Of a stretch of 64,000 nucleotides of DNA, positions 27,759 to 38,130 are shown one piece after another (position 1 is the stretch's first letter; every line of letters begins with the position of its first letter). The DNA is from an uncultured virus (IMG/VR IMGVR_UViG_3300029953_000007). Taxonomy: Duplodnaviria; Heunggongvirae; Uroviricota; Caudoviricetes. The position numbers were made by a program, and so were the translations under genes. Location of the stretch: the IMG/VR virus record IMGVR_UViG_3300029953_000007; one strand, written 5' to 3'. Below the pieces are notes generated by a model. That model searched no databases and was not told where the DNA came from. It saw nothing but the letters and a program-made list of their open reading frames with translations.

Positions 27759-30700
27759 CGAAGAATTAAATACAAGACATGAACTAGCAGAATATAAACT
27801 CTTTAGTGCTTATTTACGTAAAGTTGAAGGACAGAATCGTAAAGAGACATGGGATGAGGCAGTAGATAGAGTCTTTAATCAAACTTATATTACTAAATAT
27901 AAAGATATAGTAGTTAAGAATGCAGAGTTACGTGAACTTATTGAGTTTGCAAGAGAAGCTTATAAAGATAGGTTAGTTTTAGCATCTCAACGTATATTGC
28001 AGTTTGGAGGACCTCAAGTTCTTAAACATGAGATGAAAGTTTACAATTGCTTATCGTCGTATTGTGATAGACCTAGGTACTTTCAAGAGTGTATGTATTT
28101 ACTTTTATGCGGATGCGGTACTGGAACTAGTGTTCAGTATAAACATCATGACAAACTTCCCTTACTTATTAAAAGGGGAAAAGCTACAAAAACTTATCAA
28201 ATTCCTGATAGTATAGAAGGTTGGGCTGATAGTGTAGGTGTCTTAATATCCTCATTCCTTTCTAAAGAACATGGTACATTTCCTGAATACTCTGGAAAGA
28301 TAGTTCATATGGATTATTCTTTAATTCGTGAAGAAGGAGCTCTTATATCTGGTGGCTTTAAAGCTCCTGGACCAAACGGTCTTAAGAAGTCATTAGAGAA
28401 AATTGAAGATTTACTTAATCGAGTTGTTAATCAACAAAGTGGTAAATTAGAGACTATTGACTCTTATGATATAGTAATGCATATTGCTGATGCAGTTCTT
28501 AGTGGTGGTGTACGTCGTAGTGCAACTATATTTCTATTTTCACCTACTGATACTAAGATGGCACAAGCTAAAACTGGCAATTGGTTCATTGATCAGGCAC
28601 AAAGGGGACGTAGCAACAATTCGTGTGCCCTTATGAGAAGTAAGGTCACATTAAGTGAATTTGAAGCCTTAGTTAATAATGCTAAAATCTTTGGAGAACC
28701 TGGTTTTATCTTTGTTGATGATGAAGACACAGTTTTCAATCCCTGCGTCACTCCAGAGACGAATGTGCTAACTGAAATTGGATATCAACAAATTTCAACT
28801 CTAGAAGATCAAATTACTAAGATATGGAATGGAGAACAATGGTCTGAAGTTACAATTAAGAAAACAGGTGAAAACCAGAAAATATTAAAAGTGATTTTAG
28901 ATGATGGCACTCTACTTGAATGTACACCTTATCATAAGTGGTATATATATGATGGAATTCATAAAGGTAAACCACAATATAAAAAGATTGAAACTAGTGG
29001 ATTAGAGATTGGTGATAAATTAATAAAGTATGATCTACCTATTATAGAAGGGGATCAACAATTAAGTAAAGCTTATACTAATGGGTTCTACTCTGGTGAT
29101 GGTTGCTTCTTTGAAAATAATGCTATAATATATCTATACTCTGAAAAGAAACTATTAGAACCTTTCATAGAATCAGGAAATTCTTTTAGAAGTGAAAATA
29201 ATGAAAGGATTACATTTGGTAATGTTAAAGGTTTACAAGCTAAGTTTTTTGTACCAGATGCACGATATACTATAGAAAGTAGGCTTCAATGGTTTGCAGG
29301 TCTATTAGATTCTGATGGTTGTGTTGCAAGAGACAAAAGAGATGGTAATGAAGGCTTACAAATATCTTCTATTCATTTAGATTTTCTAAAGGAAGTACAA
29401 TTAATGTTACAAACATTAGGTATTAGAAGTAAAGTAAAAACTGCAAGAGAAGCTGGTAAATCTAGTTTACCAAAAAATGATGGTACAGGTGAGTATAAAG
29501 ACTACGATACTAAGAAGTGTTATAGGATATTAATATCTTCAGTTAATCTTCATAAGTTATCTCAACTAGGTTTAATAACTCATAGATTAGTTTATGAAGC
29601 TAAGAAACCAGAGCGTGATGCAGGTCAATTTACAAAAGTATTAGAAATAATCGATGAAAATCGATATGATGATACTTATTGCTTTAATGAACCTTTAAGG
29701 CATATGGGTATGTTTAATGGCATTCTAACTGGAAACTGTGTTGAAATTTCCATGCATCCACAAACAATAACTGGAGAATCAGGCTGGCAAGGTTGTAATC
29801 TTGTTGAAATTGCTGGAGTTCGTTGTAATACTCCTGAAACCTTTTATCAAGCTTGTAAAGCTGGTGCAATCATGGGAACTCTTCAGGCTGGGTTTACTAA
29901 CTTTAAGTATGTAACTGAGGCCACTAAGAAGATATTTGAACATGAAGCTCTACTTGGTGTATCTGTGACTGGGTGGCTAACTCAACCTGATGTTCTTTTA
30001 AACGAAGAAGTACAACGAGAAGGTGCTAGAATTGTAAAATATTGGAATAAGATAGTTGCTGAAATGATTGGTATTAATCAATCTGCTCGAACTACATGTT
30101 CTAAACCAGCAGGTAATACCGCAATTCTACTTGAAACAACTTCTGGTGTATCACCTGAACATTCACATATGTATATACGACATGTACAAGCTAATAGACA
30201 AGAGTTAGGTGCTCAAGTATTTAAGGATTTAAATCCAAACGCAGTAGAACAGTCTGTATGGTCTTCTAGTGGTACTGATTATTGTTTAGCTTTTCCAATA
30301 GTAACTAAAGGTACTGAACTTTATAAGAGTGATATATTTAATGTAAAACATCTTGAGATTATCAAATCAATTCAACAAAACTGGATTGAAGAAGGTACAA
30401 ATATTGATTTATGCACAAAACCTTATTTAAGACATAATGTGTCAAATACTGTTGATATTGATGATTGGGATGTATTTACTAAGTATGTATATGAGAATCG
30501 TCAATGGTTTGCTGGTATATCAACTATGGCAAGAGGAGGTGATAGGAACTATAACCAAGCACCAAATACTGCAGTATATACGCCACAGGAGATGGTCGAA
30601 ATGTACGGTTCTGCCGCAATATTTGCTTCTGGATTAATTGTCGATGCTCTTGAGGTATTCGATACTTTATGGACAGCATGTGATACAGTACTTGATAGAG

Positions 30701-31128
30701 GCGAAAAGCTAGTTTATACTGATGAAGAAGTTGAGAAGGTAATGGGTACTATGGATATTGGTACTATGTGGTTACAACTCAAAGCTGATGAAGAATACGC
30801 GAAGAATATGAAAGGTTTGGGTGTTAAACCACCTAGGAAAGCATATAGAGAGTTTTTATCAAATGATTTAAGAAGCACAGTATTTAAATTCTCAGCTAAA
30901 GTTGATTGGATTAGGAGAGCAAAGCAATTTGCAGCTAATAATTTTAATGGAGATTTAGAGAAGATGACTTATTGCTTAAAAGATGTGCAGAACTATCATA
31001 AATGGATAAAGATTTGTCGTAATTGGCAAACTGTAGACTGGAGCAAAGTAGAGCTTAATGAAGATCTACGTAATGCAGATAGTATGGGAGCACTAGCGTG
31101 TTCAGGTCAAGATGGTTGTGTCATATGA
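27748..31128 (+). CDS. nrdJ: Ribonucleotide reductase large subunit (class II/NrdJ-like) containing an intein
   Basis: RKETWDEAVDRV, YNC, SGGVRRSA, GEPG, NP|CVEI, CNL, KPAGN, C-terminal ACSGQDGC; no NrdB in the window, so the class assignment is inferred. Confidence 0.88.
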   Translation: MAYNEELNTRHELAEYKLFSAYLRKVEGQNRKETWDEAVDRVFNQTYITKYKDIVVKNAELRELIEFAREAYKDRLVLASQRILQFGGPQVLKHEMKVYNCLSSYCDRPRYFQECMYLLLCGCGTGTSVQYKHHDKLPLLIKRGKATKTYQIPDSIEGWADSVGVLISSFLSKEHGTFPEYSGKIVHMDYSLIREEGALISGGFKAPGPNGLKKSLEKIEDLLNRVVNQQSGKLETIDSYDIVMHIADAVLSGGVRRSATIFLFSPTDTKMAQAKTGNWFIDQAQRGRSNNSCALMRSKVTLSEFEALVNNAKIFGEPGFIFVDDEDTVFNPCVTPETNVLTEIGYQQISTLEDQITKIWNGEQWSEVTIKKTGENQKILKVILDDGTLLECTPYHKWYIYDGIHKGKPQYKKIETSGLEIGDKLIKYDLPIIEGDQQLSKAYTNGFYSGDGCFFENNAIIYLYSEKKLLEPFIESGNSFRSENNERITFGNVKGLQAKFFVPDARYTIESRLQWFAGLLDSDGCVARDKRDGNEGLQISSIHLDFLKEVQLMLQTLGIRSKVKTAREAGKSSLPKNDGTGEYKDYDTKKCYRILISSVNLHKLSQLGLITHRLVYEAKKPERDAGQFTKVLEIIDENRYDDTYCFNEPLRHMGMFNGILTGNCVEISMHPQTITGESGWQGCNLVEIAGVRCNTPETFYQACKAGAIMGTLQAGFTNFKYVTEATKKIFEHEALLGVSVTGWLTQPDVLLNEEVQREGARIVKYWNKIVAEMIGINQSARTTCSKPAGNTAILLETTSGVSPEHSHMYIRHVQANRQELGAQVFKDLNPNAVEQSVWSSSGTDYCLAFPIVTKGTELYKSDIFNVKHLEIIKSIQQNWIEEGTNIDLCTKPYLRHNVSNTVDIDDWDVFTKYVYENRQWFAGISTMARGGDRNYNQAPNTAVYTPQEMVEMYGSAAIFASGLIVDALEVFDTLWTACDTVLDRGEKLVYTDEEVEKVMGTMDIGTMWLQLKADEEYAKNMKGLGVKPPRKAYREFLSNDLRSTVFKFSAKVDWIRRAKQFAANNFNGDLEKMTYCLKDVQNYHKWIKICRNWQTVDWSKVELNEDLRNADSMGALACSGQDGCVI
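28744..29736 (+). mobile_element. Intein (331 aa) with LAGLIDADG endonuclease
   Basis: Starts CVTPET, block B LECTPYH, GFYSGDG and AGLLDSDG motifs, ends DTYCF...GILTGN|C; removal restores NPCVEI. Confidence 0.93.
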
Positions 31129-31415
31129 AAATCATAAAATTTATATCAAATAAAGAGGTAAGGCCATATGTTGATAGATTAATGATGCATTCAAAGAAGT
31201 TTAAAGAACAATTGTTCTTTGAGCTTCTTAGTGTTGACTGTAAAGATTTTACAACTCGACGCGATGCAACTACAGTTATGCATAAATATGCAGTTACTAA
31301 GTTACCATTTGTACTTTTAATAGATGATAGTTTACCTGAAGATAAGCAAGAATATGCAGCAGTATATTCTGAAGAAGGACCTATCACAGTTGATAGAATA
31401 AATGCAAAGTTATGA
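31125..31415 (+). CDS. Hypothetical protein, possibly a degenerate thioredoxin fold (no CxxC)
   Basis: KIIKF...KYAVTKLPFVLL; follows RNR. Confidence 0.5.
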   Translation: MKIIKFISNKEVRPYVDRLMMHSKKFKEQLFFELLSVDCKDFTTRRDATTVMHKYAVTKLPFVLLIDDSLPEDKQEYAAVYSEEGPITVDRINAKL

Positions 31416-31993
31416 CTCAAATACACAGTGTTAAAGATACAGCAATCACAAGAGAATGGTTAGAAGATTATACAGTTAAAGGATTTGAAGGTGGAAATTT
31501 TACCTTTACTAGTGGTTATTCACAAGTTATAAATATGGGTGAAAGAAATGTTGAAGTTCTTAATTCAGATCCTAACAAGTGTCCTGTTAGCAAGTTACCA
31601 CAATACGAGACTAGTGGTTCTGCAGGTGCGGATATAAGAGCATTATTAGATTATCCAATAATTTTAGAACCAGGTCAACGTAAATTAATACCTACAGGTA
31701 TATTTGCAGCTATACCAAAAGGATACAAGCTAGAAATCTATCCAAGGAGTGGTCTTGCTTTTAAACATGGGATAACTGTTGCTAACTCACCAGGTTTGGT
31801 GGATTCTGACTATAGGAACGAAATTAAAGTTTTACTTATTAATCATGGTGATAAAGCTTTTGAAATTAATAATGGTGATCGTATAGCACAATTTGTATTA
31901 TCAGAATACGCCCAGATTAAATGGATTCCAGTAGATAAATTAAGCGATACCGATAGAGGTCAAGGCGGATTTGGTAGTACAGGAGTTAACTAA
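31412..31993 (+). CDS. dut: Trimeric dUTPase
   Basis: SAGADI, PRSG, GLVDSDYRNE, GDRIAQ, RGQGGFGSTG. Confidence 0.95.
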   Translation: MTQIHSVKDTAITREWLEDYTVKGFEGGNFTFTSGYSQVINMGERNVEVLNSDPNKCPVSKLPQYETSGSAGADIRALLDYPIILEPGQRKLIPTGIFAAIPKGYKLEIYPRSGLAFKHGITVANSPGLVDSDYRNEIKVLLINHGDKAFEINNGDRIAQFVLSEYAQIKWIPVDKLSDTDRGQGGFGSTGVN

Positions 31994-32002
31994 TAGAGCT
32001 AA

Positions 32003-32728
32003 ATGATAGAACTAAACAAGATTGAAGACTCTTCTCGTGAGAAGGAACCAAAGCAGAAGACTAAAAAAATTCTTAAGACAGTTCCAACATTTCATGTTAA
32101 GTTAACAGAAGAACAAAAGAGAGCTAAGGCAATTGCCTTAGAAAATCAAGTTACTATCTTTACAGGACGTGCTGGTACATCTAAAACATTGCTAGCGTGT
32201 AATATTGCATGTCACTTACTTCAAACAGGAGCAGTAAGTAAAATTGTAGTAACTAGACCAATGGTTGACGTTGGTAAGACTATGGGTTTCCTTCCAGGAG
32301 TTGCGATGAGTTTTACTGAAGGTAAAATGCAACCATACATGGCTCCTATTATTCAAGCACTTTATAGATTAAAGGATAAGGTAAGTATTGATACTTGGAT
32401 CAAAGAAGAGAAAATAACTATAGTACCTATTCAATTTGTACGTGGTTTAAACTTTGAAGACTGCGTTGTAATTATTGATGAAGCGGAAAATTTAACTGCT
32501 CATGAGCTTAAAGCTCTTACAACCCGTATATGTAAAGATGCATATATGTTGTTTACATCTGATATAGCTCAAATTGATTTAGTTGATAAACATCAGAGTG
32601 CAGGTTATTTCTTCCAATCTATTATGAAGTTAGAAGGAGTAGGTTCATTTGAACTTACAGAGAACTTTAGGTCGAAATTGGCCTTAGAAATCATGGACAT
32701 AATAGATGAACAACTTAAAGAAAAATAA
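32003..32728 (+). CDS. phoH: PhoH-like ATPase
   Basis: GRAGTSKT, VTRP, MGFLPG, RGLNF, IIDEAEN, DIAQID. Confidence 0.92.
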   Translation: MIELNKIEDSSREKEPKQKTKKILKTVPTFHVKLTEEQKRAKAIALENQVTIFTGRAGTSKTLLACNIACHLLQTGAVSKIVVTRPMVDVGKTMGFLPGVAMSFTEGKMQPYMAPIIQALYRLKDKVSIDTWIKEEKITIVPIQFVRGLNFEDCVVIIDEAENLTAHELKALTTRICKDAYMLFTSDIAQIDLVDKHQSAGYFFQSIMKLEGVGSFELTENFRSKLALEIMDIIDEQLKEK

Positions 32729-32734
32729 AAACTA

Positions 32735-32763
32735 AAAGGAGATCAGAAACGGTCTCCTTTTTC
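32735..32763 (+). terminator. Intrinsic terminator
   Basis: AAAAGGAGATC-AGAAAC-GGTCTCCTTTTT. Confidence 0.8.
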
Positions 32764-32776
32764 ATTAGTCAAAATT

Positions 32777-32962
32777 ATGAAAACACAAGAAGAATTAAAG
32801 CAATTAGCAATTGATGTCAAACCACAATTGCTTGAAATAGCTACTAAAATAGTAGCACTCATAGAAAATGATAAATTTGATGCGGCATCAGAAAAAGCAG
32901 CAAAACTACTTGCAAATATAAGCCTTATACCTATTATTGACTTTATATTAGAGAAAGAATAA
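32777..32962 (+). CDS. Small helical protein (probable paralog of next ORF)
   Basis: Same length as 32962..33144; shared LIE and ILE positions. Confidence 0.65.
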   Translation: MKTQEELKQLAIDVKPQLLEIATKIVALIENDKFDAASEKAAKLLANISLIPIIDFILEKE

Positions 32963-33144
32963 TGTTAACAGAACAAGAAGTACAAGAGTCATTAGATTCA
33001 TCAATAGCATTATTACCACAACACTTAGATAAAGTTAAATCTCTTATAGAATCTAAGAGATGGTATTCAGCTATCATAGAACTTAATGATCTAATAGAAG
33101 CTTTACAATCAATAACTACTCATGAATATATCTTAGAAGGATGA
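32962..33144 (+). CDS. Small helical protein
   Basis: TAATG-coupled ORF. Confidence 0.65.
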   Translation: MLTEQEVQESLDSSIALLPQHLDKVKSLIESKRWYSAIIELNDLIEALQSITTHEYILEG

Positions 33145-33566
33145 AAGAAGAACTTATAAAATATCAGACAGCTTTATTAGCTAAGAAAAAAGGATTTGAT
33201 GAAGAGTGTAATCATGTGTTTTCACACACAAGTGGTTGTGATTATCTAGACGAATTAGCTTATTATGAATCTGGAGGTGAGGTTAAAAACTCAGAGATAG
33301 CTAATGCTTACTTTAGTATTGAAAATGTAGTTTGTACAGCACCAAGTCAAAGTTTATTACAACGATGGTTAAGAGAAACTCATAAAATTAACGTATGTAT
33401 AGCGTTCTATCCTAATACAAATAGAGATTTTAATCCACTAATAAATGATTACTACTATTGTAAGGTTCATGAAAATGAAATACTACGTATAGAAGATTTA
33501 TCATCTGATACTTATGAATGTACTTTAGAAGAAGCACTAAAAGAAGCTTTAAATTTAATAATATGA
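33141..33566 (+). CDS. Hypothetical protein
   Basis: TALLAKKKGF...APSQSLLQRWLRE...TYECTLEEAL. Confidence 0.75.
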   Translation: MKEELIKYQTALLAKKKGFDEECNHVFSHTSGCDYLDELAYYESGGEVKNSEIANAYFSIENVVCTAPSQSLLQRWLRETHKINVCIAFYPNTNRDFNPLINDYYYCKVHENEILRIEDLSSDTYECTLEEALKEALNLII

Positions 33567-34150
33567 GGATATTATCAAAGTATAAAGATTACTATGACTA
33601 TCTCGTTGGTATTTACGGGATAGATGATAATACAGTACTTGATAGGAGAAGTTCTGGAACATTTAAACCTTATATTTCTTCTAACTATTTTGGAAGTAAA
33701 GTACAAGTCTTTATTTGTGATATAGTTTATGAAGGCTATTATACTAATGGTAAATATTATTGGGGTAAAGATTTACTTCAACTTTTAAATCCAGAAGAAT
33801 TAGAAGAGCAAAAGAACTATATTAGTGTATCTATTAAAACTGAGAAAGGTGATAAGCAAAGAGGAACTCACTATACTTCATTTCTTCTAAAGGGTTACGT
33901 TCATGATAGAAAACCTAATACACGAGAACAATGTCCTATAATGATACCTACTAATTACGATCAGACAAAGTTTATATATTATCCATGTTTAAAAGAGTTA
34001 AATATAAACTCTATATTACCACCTCAAGAAATCTTTTTAATGTTATCTGCATGGTTAGCACCTAAAGAAGAGTATGTTGATAATAGAGAGAATAAAGAAA
34101 AGATAGTAGCAGCAGGATTTGATTTAAAAACATCATTTAGAAATATGTAG
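33563..34150 (+). CDS. Hypothetical protein
   Basis: MRILSKYKDYYD...KIVAAGFDLKTSFR; ATGA start preferred. Confidence 0.75.
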   Translation: MRILSKYKDYYDYLVGIYGIDDNTVLDRRSSGTFKPYISSNYFGSKVQVFICDIVYEGYYTNGKYYWGKDLLQLLNPEELEEQKNYISVSIKTEKGDKQRGTHYTSFLLKGYVHDRKPNTREQCPIMIPTNYDQTKFIYYPCLKELNINSILPPQEIFLMLSAWLAPKEEYVDNRENKEKIVAAGFDLKTSFRNM

Positions 34151-34477
34151 ATGAAAGAGAAATATATAGAAATAATAAAAAGACTTAATGACTTAAAAGG
34201 TCTGTTATTACTAGATAGTGATGGCTCAGTTTACTCATTAAAAGGTTATACTGAAAAAGATCAAAAAGTGAAAGTAGGAAGTTGGCCTTTTAAGAAGTTA
34301 GAGCAAGTATCATACATTAGTCAAATAGAACTAACTACAGGGAGAAAGTATATCTTAGATTATACTCAAGAAGAAACTTTAGATCAGATTATAGATTCAC
34401 TTGAATTAAGTAAATATAGGTATTTACGAATGTTAAGTAGTCTTAATAAGTTTAACTGTAAAGTAGTAAAGAAATAA
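34151..34477 (+). CDS. Hypothetical protein
   Basis: Abutting ORF. Confidence 0.65.
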   Translation: MKEKYIEIIKRLNDLKGLLLLDSDGSVYSLKGYTEKDQKVKVGSWPFKKLEQVSYISQIELTTGRKYILDYTQEETLDQIIDSLELSKYRYLRMLSSLNKFNCKVVKK

Positions 34478-34478
34478 T

Positions 34479-34727
34479 ATGTGTCCACATTGCGGAAAAT
34501 CAGTATTATGTAGTTGTGTGAGTTGCACAGCACGAAGAAATAATGGAGAATCTATAACTCCAGAAGATCTATTAGTTGAAGTCATGATAGATAAGGAAAC
34601 AGGTATATTTGAATGCCCATACTGTAAGAAACAATATAGTTATGATGAGTCAGACGAATATGTAGGGAACTTATTTATACAAACAGATAAATATAAAAGT
34701 CAAACGAATAATGGTACTTATAATTAA
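34479..34727 (+). CDS. Zn-finger-like small protein
   Basis: CPHC, CSCVSC and CPYC motifs. Confidence 0.65.
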   Translation: MCPHCGKSVLCSCVSCTARRNNGESITPEDLLVEVMIDKETGIFECPYCKKQYSYDESDEYVGNLFIQTDKYKSQTNNGTYN

Positions 34728-36077
34728 GTGTTAAAGAAATCAGAAGGACATAATGAAAACTATCTCTGTAAGGTCATAGTGGTTCCAGAGCCAAGAGAAA
34801 TAAAAGGTTTAGATAATTTAGTCGAGATAACAATAGATAGACGTCCTATACTTACGTCAAGAAATACAGTACCAGGAAGTATAGCAATATACTTCCCATC
34901 AGGTTCAAAACTTAATCCACTTTATCTTTCAAAAAACAATGAGTTTAGAGCTGATCTTCAACTTAACGAAGATAGATTAGCTAAAGGTGGGTTCTTTGAA
35001 CAATCAGCACGTGTAAAGCCTGTTAAGTTTAAGGGTAATATGAGTGACGGCTACGTTGCACCAATTGAAACTCTAGAGCCTATAATAGGTGATAAGTATT
35101 TAAAATTAAAATATCATATTAATGAAGAGTTTGATCAGATAGGAGATTTTATATTACTTTCTAAGTATATAGCTCCTAGTCAAGTGAGTCAGAATAAAGT
35201 AGGAATTCCTAACAGTAGAGACAAACACTATAAAAAGTATGAAAGTAGAATCATTGAGAAACAATTCAAATTCCATTCAAGCACGGCCCATCTCGATAAG
35301 AATCTCCATAGACTGGAACCGGAAGACCTTATCTCTATTACGTGGAAACTCCACGGTACTAGTTTCATATCCTCTAAAGTACTTTGTAAACGAAGACTTA
35401 ACTGGTTTGAAAAACTACTTAAACGATTCGGAGTAGCTATTATAGAGAAAGAACAAGCTAACCTTTATAGCAGCAGGACTGTAATAAAGAATGAGACATC
35501 AGAGAAGGAAAGAGGTGGATATTATAAAGAGGATATTTATGGGATGGTTAATGAAACCCTTAAGGACAAATTATTTGCAGGAGAGTCCATATATGGAGAA
35601 ATTGTGGGTTTCACCCCATCTGGAGGTGCAATTCAAGCAAAATATGATTATGGATGTCTACCAGAAGAACACAAGGCATTTGTATATCGTATAACTTATA
35701 CAGGTGAAGATGGTAATACTATTGATCTTCCTTATCGTTTAATGCAACAAAGATGTAAAGAGTTAAATATTCAACCAGTACCCTTAATCTATTATGGTAA
35801 AGCTAAAGATTTAGTTAATATAACTAATGTAGACGGTGATAATTGGATTATTAGATGGCAAGAGACTTTTTATCACTTTCTTAAAACTACATATGTCAAA
35901 AATCAACAATCGATCTTTTGTCGTAACAAAGTTATTGAAGAAGGTATAGTGGTTCGAGTAGAAGGATTGTCTGCATTTGCATTAAAAATGATTAATGATG
36001 GTTATAAACTACATGAAAGTAAAGCTAAAGATGAAGGTATAGTTGATATGGAGGAACAAGAAGAGAATGCAAAATAG
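34728..36077 (+). CDS. RNA ligase (Rnl2/DRB0094-like)
   Basis: Motif I TWKLHGTS, IYGEIVG, EEGIVVR, ALK; N-terminal OB-like region. Confidence 0.82.
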   Translation: MLKKSEGHNENYLCKVIVVPEPREIKGLDNLVEITIDRRPILTSRNTVPGSIAIYFPSGSKLNPLYLSKNNEFRADLQLNEDRLAKGGFFEQSARVKPVKFKGNMSDGYVAPIETLEPIIGDKYLKLKYHINEEFDQIGDFILLSKYIAPSQVSQNKVGIPNSRDKHYKKYESRIIEKQFKFHSSTAHLDKNLHRLEPEDLISITWKLHGTSFISSKVLCKRRLNWFEKLLKRFGVAIIEKEQANLYSSRTVIKNETSEKERGGYYKEDIYGMVNETLKDKLFAGESIYGEIVGFTPSGGAIQAKYDYGCLPEEHKAFVYRITYTGEDGNTIDLPYRLMQQRCKELNIQPVPLIYYGKAKDLVNITNVDGDNWIIRWQETFYHFLKTTYVKNQQSIFCRNKVIEEGIVVRVEGLSAFALKMINDGYKLHESKAKDEGIVDMEEQEENAK

Positions 36078-36984
36078 ACAGATACTATGTTTAATAGGTT
36101 CACCAGGATCAGGTAAGACAACATTTGCTTTAAATCTGATTAAAGAGAATCCTACATGGGTTAGAATAAATCGTGATGATTTACGAATGCAATTAACAGG
36201 TAGTTATACAACGTCTAAAGAAGTTGAAGATTTAATCACTAAGATACAGAATTCACAAGTAGAATTAGCTTTATCTAAGTTTAATGTAGTAATTGATAAT
36301 ACACATTGTAAATTTGAATATATCAAAGAGCTCTTCACCAAATTTAAAGGTAAAGCTGAAATCAAAGTTAAATTCATAGGACAAGAGTTATCTTTACTTG
36401 ATTTAATTGAACGTAATAATAAACGTGAAAAGAAAGTTCCTGAAAGTGTCTTATCTAAAATGTATAAACAGTTTAGACAATTAGAAAGTGAACAATCTAA
36501 GATTCATGATTTAATTAATAGTCATTTACAAATAGAAAGTTGGGATATTAAAAAACAAGATAAGACACTTCCTAAAGCTATAATTGTAGATCTAGATGGT
36601 ACAATTTGTGACCACGAAGGTCTAAGGAGCCCTTATGATTGGAAAAGTGTTTATCTTGATAAACCAATTGAAGAAGTTATCAGTATAATACAATGTTTAT
36701 CTAAAGAATATAAAATTATTTTTGTAAGTGGTCGTGATGAATCATGTAGAGAGTTGACAAGACAATGGTTAATAAAACATGTAGGTATTATTTACGAACA
36801 CTTATATATGCGTCCAGCTGGTAATTTTGAAAAGGATACAGTAATTAAGAAACGTATTTTTAATGAGTTTATACGACCTAACTACTATATCGAGATGCTA
36901 TTTGACGATAGAAATTGTGTTGTACAGATGTATAGAGAAGAGTTAGGATTAAAAGTAGCACAAGTTGCTTATGGTGATTTTTAA
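36067..36984 (+). CDS. pseT: Polynucleotide 5'-kinase/3'-phosphatase (T4 Pnkp-like)
   Basis: GSPGSGKTT, INRDDLR, DLDGT, VSGR, FDDR. Confidence 0.92.
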   Translation: MQNRQILCLIGSPGSGKTTFALNLIKENPTWVRINRDDLRMQLTGSYTTSKEVEDLITKIQNSQVELALSKFNVVIDNTHCKFEYIKELFTKFKGKAEIKVKFIGQELSLLDLIERNNKREKKVPESVLSKMYKQFRQLESEQSKIHDLINSHLQIESWDIKKQDKTLPKAIIVDLDGTICDHEGLRSPYDWKSVYLDKPIEEVISIIQCLSKEYKIIFVSGRDESCRELTRQWLIKHVGIIYEHLYMRPAGNFEKDTVIKKRIFNEFIRPNYYIEMLFDDRNCVVQMYREELGLKVAQVAYGDF

Positions 36985-36992
36985 TAAGAATA

Positions 36993-37451
36993 ATGGAAAG
37001 TAAATACGATAGCACATCAGATACCCTCTTACACATTAAAAGGGTAAATCAGTTATTAACTGCTGCATGTGTGGAATTAATAAAAAGAGCTCAAATTCAT
37101 GATGATTCTAAATTAAAAGAACCTGAAAAGAGTTTGTTTGATATAACTACAGGTGGTTTATCAGCATGCACATATAATTCAGATGAATATAAGCAATTTC
37201 TAAAACAATTAGAACCAGCTCTTGAACATCATTATGCAAAGAACTCACATCATCCTCAACATTATCCAGATGGAATAGATGGTATGAATCTCTTTGATAT
37301 AGTTGAGATGTTTTTTGACTGGAAAGCTGCATCAGAGCGTCATAGTAATGGCAATATTTGTCATTCAATAACTGCAAATAGAGATCGATTTAAATTAAGT
37401 GATCAATTAACAAATATATTTAATAACACAGTAAAGTTCTTAGGATGGTAA
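36993..37451 (+). CDS. HD-like protein (DUF5662-like)
   Basis: HDDSKL, HHYAKNSHHPQH, EMFFDWKAA. Confidence 0.7.
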   Translation: MESKYDSTSDTLLHIKRVNQLLTAACVELIKRAQIHDDSKLKEPEKSLFDITTGGLSACTYNSDEYKQFLKQLEPALEHHYAKNSHHPQHYPDGIDGMNLFDIVEMFFDWKAASERHSNGNICHSITANRDRFKLSDQLTNIFNNTVKFLGW

Positions 37452-37452
37452 T

Positions 37453-38130
37453 ATGAATTTTAAAAAAGGTGATCGTGTTAAATTAATACGATCAAAACGA
37501 GAAGAAGATTATTGTAGTTGGAATAATTGTATGTACGATCATGTTGATAAAGAAGGGACTGTAGAGGAAATCATTTATCCTTATGGTGCAATAGCGACAG
37601 CAGTGACAATAGATGGATCAAGTACATGGTGGTATTATCCCACCGATGCATTACACTTAATAGTTGAAGAAATTATGACAAAAGAAGTTGAAAAGGAGAA
37701 ATTAACTCCACGAGAATTATATACTAAACTACAAAATCAAGTCGATATTAAAGTTGGCGATACAGTAAAGTTAATCGCTTATGCAACAGATGAACAATTT
37801 GGATGGAATGGTAAATGGGATTATGATTTAGAACATAAATGGGAGAATGAAGAAATAGCTATTGTTGAAAGTGTTGGTAATACTTATGGTTATGAACTTA
37901 AATTTGTAAATGACATATTAGACTCAGATGATATCGATATTGTTGATACTTATTTTGTACCTTTCTTTGTTATTGAAAAAACTGATGACTTTAAGTTTGA
38001 ACTAATAAAAGGTGTTGGTGATTATAAAGCTTTCATTTCAGAATATGGTGTTAAAGTAGGTTGTCAACTTATAGATTTAAAGACTGCAATTGAGGTGGGT
38101 GAAGCAGCCACTAAATTCTTAAAGAAATAA
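37453..38130 (+). CDS. Hypothetical protein with two KOW/SH3-like repeats
   Basis: FKKGDRVKLI..WN and IKVGDTVKLI..WN. Confidence 0.65.
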   Translation: MNFKKGDRVKLIRSKREEDYCSWNNCMYDHVDKEGTVEEIIYPYGAIATAVTIDGSSTWWYYPTDALHLIVEEIMTKEVEKEKLTPRELYTKLQNQVDIKVGDTVKLIAYATDEQFGWNGKWDYDLEHKWENEEIAIVESVGNTYGYELKFVNDILDSDDIDIVDTYFVPFFVIEKTDDFKFELIKGVGDYKAFISEYGVKVGCQLIDLKTAIEVGEAATKFLKK

